Shown here one piece after another: positions 37,364 through 46,838 of a DNA stretch of 64,000 bases; the stretch's first letter is position 1; every line of letters begins with the position of its first letter. The position numbers were made by a program, and so were the translations under genes. Below the pieces are notes generated by a model. That model saw nothing but the letters and a program-made list of their open reading frames with translations, was not told the origin of the DNA and did not search any database. The DNA comes from a virus (taxonomy: Duplodnaviria > Heunggongvirae > Uroviricota > Caudoviricetes). The stretch is taken from the IMG/VR virus record IMGVR_UViG_3300023179_004209, positions 167,832-231,831 of that record; one strand, written 5' to 3'.

Positions 37364-37933
37364 GTGAATGTAGTGGTTTATAGTGTAGGATATATGGGTA
37401 TTAATGGTGAATATGATAATAGTAAGATGGATATGTTATTGAGTAAGTATCCTATGGTTAATATGGGATGGAAGTATGTGGGTAGTAGTGATACTATAAG
37501 GTGGAGTTTGGGTGATGTGGTGGTGAATATGTATATTGGTAATGGAGGTAATTTGGTTAATAAGGATGGTATGACGCCATTTGATATAGTGAATGGGGAG
37601 TATATCAATGGTGCGGTTGAGAGGCGTGGGTATAACAAGGTGTATAGTTATTTTATTAGGCAGGTGGAGTATAGCAGGATGGTTAGTGTGAATGGAGGTC
37701 AGGAGTATTATATTAAACATCATAATGAAGTATCTGAGTTATTGACTGATCCGTGGGGACGGAGGTTTATTAGGTATATGGGGATAGTGCGTAATGATAT
37801 GGTGGATAAGTATAGTGATGTGTATGAGGGGTTGAGTATACAGAGTAGTAGGAACATTAAGAATGTGATATGTAGTGTGGATGTTACTAGTATAGAGGGG
37901 CATAGGGTGTATTGTTTGCATTTGTATCGTTGA
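37364..37933 (+). CDS. Hypothetical protein, paralogue A (probable start 37394)
   Basis: Shares LLxKYP..N..WKY and TSIEG..+YCL motifs with the next ORF. Confidence 0.65.
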   Translation: MNVVVYSVGYMGINGEYDNSKMDMLLSKYPMVNMGWKYVGSSDTIRWSLGDVVVNMYIGNGGNLVNKDGMTPFDIVNGEYINGAVERRGYNKVYSYFIRQVEYSRMVSVNGGQEYYIKHHNEVSELLTDPWGRRFIRYMGIVRNDMVDKYSDVYEGLSIQSSRNIKNVICSVDVTSIEGHRVYCLHLYR

Positions 37934-37987
37934 TGATTTAATATTTTTATAAGATTTGACGGGAGGATTTTTGGGGAAAGGGTATAT

Positions 37988-38398
37988 ATGGAGGGGTATA
38001 ATAGTGTTATGGGGGATATATTGATGAAGTATCCGGTGACTAATAATAGTCAGTGGAAGTATGAATGTGTGTATGGAATAACGTCGTATATTACAAGTTA
38101 TAATGATGTTGGATATGATAGTTTATTGGAACAGAGGTATGCTGGAATAAGGGGTATATTTGTTAGGCATAGTATGTATGATGATAACGAGGCTCATTAT
38201 AGGTATAACAATGTTGATCCGTGGTTTAGAAAGTTTAAGGCGTATAAGAATGGTAATAAGATTAATTATGTTAAACAATATGTGTGTGAACCTATATTTG
38301 AGAACAGTTTTAATGTGACACCCAAGGCGTATGTGTTGACTACCAGTATAGAGGGTAGTATGATATATTGTTTGGATGTGATAGAGCATATAAAGTGA
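37988..38398 (+). CDS. Hypothetical protein, paralogue B
   Basis: ILMKYPVTNNSQWKY ... TSIEGSMIYCL. Confidence 0.65.
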   Translation: MEGYNSVMGDILMKYPVTNNSQWKYECVYGITSYITSYNDVGYDSLLEQRYAGIRGIFVRHSMYDDNEAHYRYNNVDPWFRKFKAYKNGNKINYVKQYVCEPIFENSFNVTPKAYVLTTSIEGSMIYCLDVIEHIK

Positions 38399-38552
38399 TG
38401 GAGATAATATTTTTATAAAGGTATGACGGGGATGTTTTTGAATCAATCAAAACATTTGAAAATATTATTACTTTTTCAAACGGTTTGATAAATTATCTAC
38501 TATTTATATTTAGACTTTCAAATGGTTTGAAAGTTTTAATGAATATAAAAGT

Positions 38553-39398
38553 ATGGATAATAATATAATAAATGATGATATAATAGAAAAAGTTGTAATT
38601 AAGAGTGTGGCAATATATAAAGCAATGAGTGTATTGTCAGCGCCGCCATTTGAAGATAAATTTTTAAACAAACAAGATATATGCCAACAAAACGAGAATA
38701 TACAGAAACAGAGCTTAGAGAAATGCTTGAAAGAAACAGAGCTAAGCAAAGAGAACGAAATAATAGACACTACGAACGACATAAAGAAAAGCTTAGAAAA
38801 GAAAAGTTGGAAAGATATCACGAATCCAAAGGAAAGAAAGAAAGCATACCATAAAGTTTATTATGAAAGTAATAAACAAACTTTAAATGATAAACAAAAA
38901 GCTTACAATAAAGTTAACAAAGATAAAATAAAAGCTTACAATAAAGTTAATGAAGATAAAATAAAAGCGTATAAGAAGGATTATTATCAAGATAATAAAG
39001 ATAAAATAAAAGAATATCTGGATGCTAATAAAGATAAAATAAGAGTTAAAAAAAATAATTATTTTAAAAATAGGTTAAAAACAAATATACAATATAAATT
39101 AAGTCATAATCTAAGAACTAGATTAAATATCGCAATTAATCGTAATCAAAAAATTGGAAGTGCAGTAGATGACTTGGGTTGTAGTATACCAGAACTTAAA
39201 GTTTATTTAGAATCTAAATTCCAGACTGGAATGACTTGGGATAATTGGAGTGATGTTGGTTGGCATATAGACCATATAAAGCCACTTGCATCATTTGATT
39301 TAACAGATAGAAAACAATTTCTTGAAGCTTGTCACTATACCAATCTACAACCATTGTGGGCTAAAGACAATCTAATTAAAAGTGATAAGTTAATATAA
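38553..39398 (+). CDS. HNH endonuclease (copy 1)
   Basis: LGCSI..LES.F..GMTWDN..WHIDHIKPLASFDL..CHYTNLQPLWAKDN. Confidence 0.85.
   Translation: MDNNIINDDIIEKVVIKSVAIYKAMSVLSAPPFEDKFLNKQDICQQNENIQKQSLEKCLKETELSKENEIIDTTNDIKKSLEKKSWKDITNPKERKKAYHKVYYESNKQTLNDKQKAYNKVNKDKIKAYNKVNEDKIKAYKKDYYQDNKDKIKEYLDANKDKIRVKKNNYFKNRLKTNIQYKLSHNLRTRLNIAINRNQKIGSAVDDLGCSIPELKVYLESKFQTGMTWDNWSDVGWHIDHIKPLASFDLTDRKQFLEACHYTNLQPLWAKDNLIKSDKLI
38681..38854 (+). CDS. Overlapping alternate-frame basic peptide in HNH copy 1 (57 aa)
   Basis: MPTKREY...HYERHKEKLRKEKLERYHESKGKKESIP; same frame offset as in copies 2 and 3. Confidence 0.6.
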   Translation: MPTKREYTETELREMLERNRAKQRERNNRHYERHKEKLRKEKLERYHESKGKKESIP

Positions 39399-39421
39399 TT
39401 GTCATATATTTATAATATACT

Positions 39422-39676
39422 ATGACTAAGAATGAACTTAAGCAATTGATTAAAGAAGTTATTAATGAAACATTGACGGTTGAGAATTATGAGGATGGTA
39501 TTAAAGATGTCAAAGACAGAATGGCATATTTGGCGTTGAGAACGCAAGAAAAGGATTATATTAGTAAGAGTAAGCAAAGTAGTAGTCCTATCAAGAAGCA
39601 GCATTATATGGATATGTCCAAGCAAGTATTGGATAAAGCACTTGCAATTTTAAAGAAGCATAAAGTAATTGATTGA
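39422..39676 (+). CDS. Hypothetical protein, possible internal head protein
   Basis: 84 aa; MTKNELKQLIKEVINE N-terminus. Confidence 0.7.
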   Translation: MTKNELKQLIKEVINETLTVENYEDGIKDVKDRMAYLALRTQEKDYISKSKQSSSPIKKQHYMDMSKQVLDKALAILKKHKVID

Positions 39677-39680
39677 ATCA

Positions 39681-40340
39681 ATGATTAAGTTAAAAGACAT
39701 ATTATTAGAAGGTAAGCCGTCAAGCATTTTTGTTCCAAGAAGGTTGGAAGATAGAGTTGAGCGGATGATTAAAAACTATATTCGTAATGGTAGCAAAGGT
39801 AACTTAAGTTTAAGTGACTTGAAATTAACTAAGTTACCTGAGATATTAAAGGATATAGATGTTGGTGGAAGTTTTGTTTGTAGTGGTAATTTGTTAACAT
39901 CATTAAATAATTTACCTAAATATGTTGGTAAAAGTTTTTACTGTGATAATAATAAATTGACATCATTAGAAGGTATTCCTGCATATGTAAGTGGTAATTT
40001 TGTTTGTAGTAATAATTTGTTAACTGAATTACCATCTATTTTAAAAGATATAGATGTTGAAAAATTTTTTAATTGTTTTAATAATAAGTTAACATCACTG
40101 AATAATTCACCTAAGAGTGTTGGTGGAAGTTTTTACTGTGGTCATAATCAATTAATTAGTTTAAAAGGTGCTCCTACATATGTTGGTAAAAATTTTGTTT
40201 GTAGTAATAATCTATTAACATCATTGGATGGTGTTCCTAAGTTTGTTGGTGAAAATTTTATATGTAGATTTAATCCAGTGAGATTTACAGAAGAACAAGT
40301 AAGAGCAGTATGTGAGGTCAAAGGACATATATTTGTATGA
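39681..40340 (+). CDS. LRR-like repeat protein 1 (MIKLKDILLE tag)
   Basis: 22-aa LTSLxGxPxxVGxxFxCxxNx repeats. Confidence 0.85.
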   Translation: MIKLKDILLEGKPSSIFVPRRLEDRVERMIKNYIRNGSKGNLSLSDLKLTKLPEILKDIDVGGSFVCSGNLLTSLNNLPKYVGKSFYCDNNKLTSLEGIPAYVSGNFVCSNNLLTELPSILKDIDVEKFFNCFNNKLTSLNNSPKSVGGSFYCGHNQLISLKGAPTYVGKNFVCSNNLLTSLDGVPKFVGENFICRFNPVRFTEEQVRAVCEVKGHIFV

Positions 40341-41113
40341 TTAAACTTAAACAAATACTATTAGAGAATACCGCACCAGATATCTTTGTTCCAAGGAGAA
40401 TGGATGACAGACTTGAGCGGATGATTAGTGTTTATATTCGTAATGGAAGTAAAGGCGGTTTAAATTTGGCAAATAAAAATTTGACTGTATTACCTGCAGC
40501 ATTAAAGGATATAACTGTTAACGGATATTTTGATTGTAGTGATAATAATTTAACTACATTAGAAAACAGTCCTAAGATTGTTAATGGAACTTTTAATTGT
40601 AAAGAAAATTTGTTAACATCATTAAAAGGTGCGCCTATTAGTGTTAGTGAAGGTTTTATTTGTAGTGACAATAAATTAACATCACTGGAATTTACGCCTA
40701 GTAGTGTTGGTGGAAATTTTGGTTGTAGTCATAATTATTTAACATCATTAAAAGGTGCGCCTGAGAGTATTAGTGGGACTTTTAGTTGTAATGATAATAA
40801 GTTAACATCATTGGAGGGTGCGCCTAAGAAGGTTGGTAAAAGTTTTAGTTGTGCTAATAATCTATTAACATCACTAGAAGGTGCGCCTAAGAAGGTTGGT
40901 GAGGGTTTTTATTGTGGTTCTAATAAATTAACATCACTGGTTGGTGCTCCTCGTACTATTCCTGGATATTTTGCTTGTAATGATAATAAGTTAACATCAC
41001 TAGAAGGTGCGCCTAAGGATGTTAATGAATTTTGGTGTAGTGATAATCCAGTTAAATTTACAGAAAAACAAGTAAGAGCTGTATGTAATGTTTGGGGATA
41101 TGTATTTTTATGA
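40337..41113 (+). CDS. LRR-like repeat protein 2 (MIKLKQILLE tag)
   Basis: Same repeat family; ATGA coupling. Confidence 0.85.
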   Translation: MIKLKQILLENTAPDIFVPRRMDDRLERMISVYIRNGSKGGLNLANKNLTVLPAALKDITVNGYFDCSDNNLTTLENSPKIVNGTFNCKENLLTSLKGAPISVSEGFICSDNKLTSLEFTPSSVGGNFGCSHNYLTSLKGAPESISGTFSCNDNKLTSLEGAPKKVGKSFSCANNLLTSLEGAPKKVGEGFYCGSNKLTSLVGAPRTIPGYFACNDNKLTSLEGAPKDVNEFWCSDNPVKFTEKQVRAVCNVWGYVFL

Positions 41114-41574
41114 TTAAGCTTAAAGACATATTATTAGAAGGTAAGCCGTCAACTATTTTTGTTCCAAGAAGGATTGAGGATAGATTTGAGCGTAGAATTA
41201 GTCTTTATATAAAAAATGGTAGCAAAGGGTCATTTGATTTACAATATTCAAATTTAACTAAGTTTCCTGAAATATTGAAGAATGTAGATGTAGGAGGATA
41301 TTTTGATTGTAGTCATACTAATTTAACATCATTAGAAAATAGTCCTAAAAGCGTTAGTGGGGATTTTTATTGTGTAAATAATAAGTTAACATCATTGGTT
41401 GGTGCGCCTAAGATTGTTGGTGGTGATTTTTGGTGTAGTTATAATTTATTAACTACATTAGAGGGTGCTCCTAAAGTGGTTGGCAAAGATTTTTTTTGTA
41501 ATGGAAATCCAGGTAATTTTACATCGGAACAGGTAAGAGCTATTTGTGATGTTAAAGGAAGGATAATCGTATGA
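41110..41574 (+). CDS. LRR-like repeat protein 3 (MIKLKDILLE tag)
   Basis: Same family; start revised to the ATGA overlap. Confidence 0.85.
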   Translation: MIKLKDILLEGKPSTIFVPRRIEDRFERRISLYIKNGSKGSFDLQYSNLTKFPEILKNVDVGGYFDCSHTNLTSLENSPKSVSGDFYCVNNKLTSLVGAPKIVGGDFWCSYNLLTTLEGAPKVVGKDFFCNGNPGNFTSEQVRAICDVKGRIIV

Positions 41575-41972
41575 TTAAACTTAAAGAAATATTATTAGAG
41601 AATACCGCACCAAATATCTTTATTCCTAGAAGAATGGAAGATAGATTGGATAAATACATTCGTCTTTATATAAAGAACGGTAGTAAAGGCAAGTTAAGTT
41701 TACAAGATTTAAATTTAACTGTATTACCTGAAATGTTAAAAGATATAACTGTTAATGGAGATTTTTTTTGTGGTAATAATCATTTAACAACATTAGAAAA
41801 TTGTCCTAAGATTGTTACTGGAGTTTTTGGTTGTAGTAGTAATTTCTTAAAATCACTAGAAGGTGCTCCTAAGTTTGTTGGTGAAGATTTTTATTGTAGA
41901 TTTAATTCAGTTAAATTTACAGAAAAAGATATAAGAGCCGTTTGTAATGTAAAAGGAGATATATTTTTATGA
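41571..41972 (+). CDS. LRR-like repeat protein 4 (MIKLKEILLE tag)
   Basis: Same family. Confidence 0.85.
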   Translation: MIKLKEILLENTAPNIFIPRRMEDRLDKYIRLYIKNGSKGKLSLQDLNLTVLPEMLKDITVNGDFFCGNNHLTTLENCPKIVTGVFGCSSNFLKSLEGAPKFVGEDFYCRFNSVKFTEKDIRAVCNVKGDIFL

Positions 41973-42523
41973 TTAAACTTAAAGATTTATTAACAGAAGG
42001 TAAGTCACCTGACATCTTTATTCCTAGAAGAATGGAAGATAGAGTTGAGCGGATGGTTGCAACTTACATAAGAAATGGTAGCAAAGGTTATTTAAATTTA
42101 AGACAAATGAACTTAAATAAATTACCAGACATATTGAAAAATGTTAATGTTGGTGGATCTTTTAATTGTTCTGTTAATAATTTAACTTCATTAGAAAATG
42201 CCCCTATGAGTGTTGATGGTGATTTTTATTCTAGTGGCAATGAATTAACATCATTGGTTGGTGCGCCTAAGACAGTTGGTGGTGATTTTTATTGTAGTTA
42301 CAATTTGTTAACATCACTAGAAGGTGCGCCTGAAACTGTTGGTGGTGACTTTTATTGTGGTTATAATAAATTAACATCATTAGTTGGTGCTCCTAAATAT
42401 GTTGGTGGAATTTTTGTTTGTAATAGCAATCCTGGTAATTTTACAGAAGATCAAGTAAGAGCAGTGTGTGATGTTAAAGGTGAAGTGGTAGCTTTACCCT
42501 TAAAAAATCCTAAAAAAAGTTAA
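41969..42523 (+). CDS. LRR-like repeat protein 5 (MIKLKDLLTE tag)
   Basis: Same family. Confidence 0.85.
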   Translation: MIKLKDLLTEGKSPDIFIPRRMEDRVERMVATYIRNGSKGYLNLRQMNLNKLPDILKNVNVGGSFNCSVNNLTSLENAPMSVDGDFYSSGNELTSLVGAPKTVGGDFYCSYNLLTSLEGAPETVGGDFYCGYNKLTSLVGAPKYVGGIFVCNSNPGNFTEDQVRAVCDVKGEVVALPLKNPKKS

Positions 42524-42531
42524 AAAAAGTT

Positions 42532-42560
42532 TTGACGGCTGCGGTTCCGTGGTGTAAAGT
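42532..42560 (+). promoter_or_regulatory. Sigma70 promoter, leaderless
   Basis: TTGACG-17bp-TAAAGT, ATG 6 nt downstream. Confidence 0.75.
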
Positions 42561-42566
42561 CTTTGC

Positions 42567-43313
42567 ATGGTTAATGAACTGCTTTCCTTCCAGAAGGGCA
42601 ACGCCAAGCTTGGTAAGAAGATTTATACCTTTTCCATCGTTTCTGGTTACACCTGTCCCTTCGCCAAGGATTGTTTGGCCAAGGTGGACCGTTTGACCGG
42701 CAAGTTGACGGATGGACCTGATACCCAATTTCGGTGCTTTAGTGCTTCCCAAGAAGCTTTGTTTCCTGCGGTGCGTAAAAGTCGGTGGGATAACTTTGAA
42801 AAGATTAAGAATGCTATCAAGAATAATACCTTGGTTGAACTGATTCTGAATAGTATTCCCAAGAAAGCTACTGTTATTCGTGTTCATGTTGCTGGTGATT
42901 TCTTTAGTCAAGCTTATTTCAATGCTTGGATGGAAGTAGCTAAAAAGCGTACTGATATTATCTTTTATGCTTATACCAAGAGCATTGGTTATTGGGTTCA
43001 CCAACTTAATAACCTTAATAACATTCCCAATAACTTTAAGTTGAATGCTAGTTATGGTGGTGCGCAAGATAGTTTGATTGAACAGTATAACTTGAAGAGC
43101 GTTAAAGTTGTTTATAGTGTTGAAAAGGCTGGTGATATGGTGATTGATCATGATGATACCAGTGCTTTTATGCAGGATAAGTCGTTTGCTTTGCTTCTCC
43201 ATGGTGTTCAGCCTAAAGGCAGTGAGGCTTCTAAGGCTTTGAGTGTGTTGAAGAAGCAGGGAATTCACGGATATGGTAAGAAGAAGGATATTCGTGAATT
43301 GGCGGTTGGTTAA
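42567..43313 (+). CDS. Phage GP88-like protein
   Basis: GNAKLGK, TCPFAKDC, CFSASQE, RVHVAGDFF and YAYTKS motifs. Confidence 0.75.
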   Translation: MVNELLSFQKGNAKLGKKIYTFSIVSGYTCPFAKDCLAKVDRLTGKLTDGPDTQFRCFSASQEALFPAVRKSRWDNFEKIKNAIKNNTLVELILNSIPKKATVIRVHVAGDFFSQAYFNAWMEVAKKRTDIIFYAYTKSIGYWVHQLNNLNNIPNNFKLNASYGGAQDSLIEQYNLKSVKVVYSVEKAGDMVIDHDDTSAFMQDKSFALLLHGVQPKGSEASKALSVLKKQGIHGYGKKKDIRELAVG

Positions 43314-43358
43314 TTTATATATTAATAAGATTTAACAGTCATATATTTATAATGATAT

Positions 43359-44051
43359 ATGGCTAAAGTAATAGAAGGTGATGTAAGTTTAGAAAGTCTT
43401 TATTTAAAAGATATACCTGACATATTAAATGGTGTTGCCGTTAATGGTTATCTTTATTTATGTAACAATAAATTAAGTTCATTAAATAATTGTCCTATTA
43501 GTGTCGGAGGCAAGTTTGAAGTATTTAAAAATAAGTTAACATCATTGATTGGTGCGCCTAAAGTTGTTGGTAGTGACTTTGATTGTTATCATAATCTATT
43601 AACTTCATTAGAAGGATGTCCCCAAAAAGTAGGAGGAGAATTTGATTGTAGTCGTAACAAGTTAATATCATTAGAAGGTGGACCCGTTGAAGTTGGAGGA
43701 GCTTATGCGTGTAGTTATAACAGATTAACATCATTAAAAGGTGCTCCTAGAATTATTCACGGAAATTTTCTTTGCAGTAACAATAATTTAATAACATTGG
43801 AAGGCGCACCTTGGAAGGTTGGACTTGGTTATAGTGTTTTTAGATGTAGATTTAATAAAATTAGATCATTAATTGGAGCTCCTGAAGTTGTTTATGGAGA
43901 GTTTGATATTAGTAATAATCCTGAATTAGAGTCATTGGAAGGTATTCCTAAAAAAGTTACCGGAGACTTTATGTGTCATGCGTGTAAAGGTAAGTTTAAT
44001 AGAAAACAAATTGAAGCGGTATGTGATGTAGGCGGTACAATTTACTATTAA
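43359..44051 (+). CDS. LRR-like repeat protein 6 (untagged)
   Basis: Same 22-aa repeats; N-terminus MAKVIEGDVSL. Confidence 0.85.
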   Translation: MAKVIEGDVSLESLYLKDIPDILNGVAVNGYLYLCNNKLSSLNNCPISVGGKFEVFKNKLTSLIGAPKVVGSDFDCYHNLLTSLEGCPQKVGGEFDCSRNKLISLEGGPVEVGGAYACSYNRLTSLKGAPRIIHGNFLCSNNNLITLEGAPWKVGLGYSVFRCRFNKIRSLIGAPEVVYGEFDISNNPELESLEGIPKKVTGDFMCHACKGKFNRKQIEAVCDVGGTIYY

Positions 44052-44132
44052 CAAATAGTTTATAATTTTAATATTTCCTTGATTTTTATTCCTTGACTAT
44101 ATATTTATATAGACAAGGAAATATTTTTATTT

Positions 44133-44840
44133 ATGGAAAATATACAACACGAATTTTTTATATGGGAAGAAAACAATTATATAGAACAAAAGAAGAACGA
44201 CAAGAACAACAACGAATCCGTTCACTACGACACTACAACAGAAATAAAGAACGACTTAACGCAGAAAGACTGGAAAGATATTACAGATCCAAAGGAAAGA
44301 AGGAAAGTTTATCTCAAAACATACAATAAAAAATATCGCATTTCTAATAGAAAAAAAATAGATAAAACAAAAAAAGAATATTATAATAAAAATAAAGAAA
44401 CAATCAATTATAAAAATAAACTTTATAAAATTAAAAATAAAGATAAGATAAAACTTAATTGTGAACTTTATAAAGATAAAAGAAATGAAAAAAGAAGAAA
44501 AAGAATGAAATGTGATGTTAGTTATAAACTACAAGAATATCTAAGAAATAGATTATATTTAGCATTAAAAAATAATCAAAAAAATGGAAGTGCTATAAGA
44601 GATCTAGGTTGTAGTGTAGAAGAATTAAAACAATATATAGAATCAAAATTTTTACCTGGAATGACTTGGGATAATTATGGTTATTATGGGTGGCACATAG
44701 ATCATATAACCCCACTAGCCAGTTTTGATTTAACAAATAGACAACAATTATTAGAAGCTTGCCACTATACTAATCTACAACCAATGTGGGCTAAAGATAA
44801 TATGACTAAAAGTGATAAAATACTTACAATAATTCAATAA
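44133..44840 (+). CDS. HNH endonuclease (copy 2)
   Basis: Same C-terminal HNH domain as copies 1 and 3. Confidence 0.85.
   Translation: MENIQHEFFIWEENNYIEQKKNDKNNNESVHYDTTTEIKNDLTQKDWKDITDPKERRKVYLKTYNKKYRISNRKKIDKTKKEYYNKNKETINYKNKLYKIKNKDKIKLNCELYKDKRNEKRRKRMKCDVSYKLQEYLRNRLYLALKNNQKNGSAIRDLGCSVEELKQYIESKFLPGMTWDNYGYYGWHIDHITPLASFDLTNRQQLLEACHYTNLQPMWAKDNMTKSDKILTIIQ
44162..44329 (+). CDS. Overlapping alternate-frame basic peptide in HNH copy 2 (55 aa)
   Basis: MGRKQLYR...RNKERLNAERLERYYRSKGKKE. Confidence 0.65.
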   Translation: MGRKQLYRTKEERQEQQRIRSLRHYNRNKERLNAERLERYYRSKGKKESLSQNIQ

Positions 44841-44861
44841 TATTTCTATATTTATAGGAAT

Positions 44862-45593
44862 ATGAAATATACTGACTTTTATCCATCCGTACTACAAGAA
44901 AATAGAAAAGTTGCTAAAGAATTAGTTGTTCAAGGCAAGTTATCACCTACTGATTTTGAAAAATTGGTAGGAATAGATCCATCTCAAACAAAAAAATATA
45001 CAGGATGGATGGCAAAACAATGGATTGCTAAGAATGTTACAGACATTGATGAATTAAGAAACAAGATAGAAGAATATGACGCATTTGTAAAAAATGGTAA
45101 GGCTAAGACAAAAGATATCTATCAATTTCCATCATTTGCTGATTTGAAGAAGGAAGTTGATGAATTGAATGCGGCTGGTAGTGAAAGCAAGAGTGAATTG
45201 CGTGATGATTATGAAGTTATAATGGATACTGATAAGTTACTTATTGCTGTTCCTCATACGCATGAAGCTAGTAGATATTTGGGATTGAGTAAGTTTCAAT
45301 ATAGAGATTGTGAAGGTGGTGGTAAAGATAGTGCGTGGTGTACAACATATAAGGCGCCTGATCATTTCAATGATTATTATTTCAAACAACAAATTACTTT
45401 TTATTATATAAGAATCAAAGATGAAGCAATGATTGAGTTGGCAAAAGCAGCATTTCCAGCAAGAGGTGCAGCAATGGTTGTAACAGCATTATTGGTTGAC
45501 AAGAATGGTAAGGTAAGTAGTTGTTATGACGGCAATGATAAAATGATGAGTGGACCAGAAATAACCAAATTCCGTAAAATCATTGGTATTTGA
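44862..45593 (+). CDS. Hypothetical protein with AWCTT motif, possible internal head protein
   Basis: 243 aa; N-terminus MKYTDFYPSVLQE. Confidence 0.7.
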   Translation: MKYTDFYPSVLQENRKVAKELVVQGKLSPTDFEKLVGIDPSQTKKYTGWMAKQWIAKNVTDIDELRNKIEEYDAFVKNGKAKTKDIYQFPSFADLKKEVDELNAAGSESKSELRDDYEVIMDTDKLLIAVPHTHEASRYLGLSKFQYRDCEGGGKDSAWCTTYKAPDHFNDYYFKQQITFYYIRIKDEAMIELAKAAFPARGAAMVVTALLVDKNGKVSSCYDGNDKMMSGPEITKFRKIIGI

Positions 45594-45597
45594 TACT

Positions 45598-46059
45598 ATG
45601 ATTAAGTTGAAAGACTTATTATTAGAAGGCAAGCCGCCAAGTATTTTTGTTCCTAGAAGAATGGAAGATAGAGTTGAGCGGATGATTAGTCTTTATGTAA
45701 GAAATGGAAGCAAAGGTAATTTGAGTTTAAAAGAGTTGAATTTAACTAAGTTACCTGAGAGCTTGAAGGATGTAAATGTTACGGGTAACTTTCAGTGCAG
45801 TAGAAATAAATTAACAACATTAGAAAATAGTCCTAAAAGTGTTGGTAAAGATTTTTATTGTTACGCTAATAACTTAATATCATTAACTGGTGCGTCTGAG
45901 TTTGTTGGTAATAATTTTGATTGCAGTAGCAATTATAAATTGACATCACTGGAAGGTGCGCCCAAATTTGTTGGTGGAAACTTTTATTGTCTTCGTAATT
46001 CTTTTACAGAAGAACAAATAAGAGCAGTATGTGATATTAAAGGAAAGGTGTATGTATGA
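45598..46059 (+). CDS. LRR-like repeat protein 7 (MIKLKDLLLE tag)
   Basis: Same family; start revised. Confidence 0.85.
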   Translation: MIKLKDLLLEGKPPSIFVPRRMEDRVERMISLYVRNGSKGNLSLKELNLTKLPESLKDVNVTGNFQCSRNKLTTLENSPKSVGKDFYCYANNLISLTGASEFVGNNFDCSSNYKLTSLEGAPKFVGGNFYCLRNSFTEEQIRAVCDIKGKVYV

Positions 46060-46838
46060 TTAAACTAAAAGATTTACTGTTAGAAAATGAAACGCCTAAT
46101 ATCTTTGTTCCTAGAAGGATGGAAGATAGAGTTGAACGGATGATTAGTGTTTATATCCGCAACGGTAACAAAGGCAATTTGAGTTTAAAACAAATGAAGT
46201 TAACTAAATTGCCATCTATATTGAAGAATATAACTGTTGATGGACATTTTGATTGTTATAATAACCTTTTAACATCATTAGAAAATGCGCCTAAAAGTGT
46301 TAGTGGAGATTTTATTTGTTGTAATAATAAGTTAATGACATCATTAGCTGGTGCTCCTAAATATGTTGGTGGAGATTTTTGGTGTTCTTACTGTATGTTA
46401 ACAACATTAGAGGGTGCGCCTGAATTTGTTGACAAAAGTTTTATGTGTTATAATAATAAGTTAACTTCATTGGTTGGTGCGCCTAAAACTGTTGATGGAG
46501 ATTTTGATAGTGACAACAATTTGTTAACATCACTAACAGGTGCGCCTAACAGTGTAGGTGGAGATTTTTATTGTAATTATAATAAATTAACATCACTAAC
46601 AGGTGCGCCTGAAACTGTTGGTGGAGTTTTTCTTTGTAATAATAACCTTTTAACATCATTGGAGGGTGCTCCTATCAGTGTTGGTAGAGATTTTTATTGT
46701 AGTTATAATAAACTAATTTCATTGGAGGGTGCGCCTAAATATGTTGGCGGTGATTTTATGTGTCATCATAATCCTGTAAAATTTACTGAAGATCAAGTTA
46801 GAGCCGTTTCTGAAGTTAAAGGAAAGATATTTGTATGA
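46056..46838 (+). CDS. LRR-like repeat protein 8 (MIKLKDLLLE tag)
   Basis: Eight or more 22-aa repeats. Confidence 0.85.
   Translation: MIKLKDLLLENETPNIFVPRRMEDRVERMISVYIRNGNKGNLSLKQMKLTKLPSILKNITVDGHFDCYNNLLTSLENAPKSVSGDFICCNNKLMTSLAGAPKYVGGDFWCSYCMLTTLEGAPEFVDKSFMCYNNKLTSLVGAPKTVDGDFDSDNNLLTSLTGAPNSVGGDFYCNYNKLTSLTGAPETVGGVFLCNNNLLTSLEGAPISVGRDFYCSYNKLISLEGAPKYVGGDFMCHHNPVKFTEDQVRAVSEVKGKIFV

Noticed and set aside
39800-46830. CRISPR array
   Set aside because: The repeats are in-frame 66-nt coding units of LRR proteins, not repeat-spacer arrays; no cas genes
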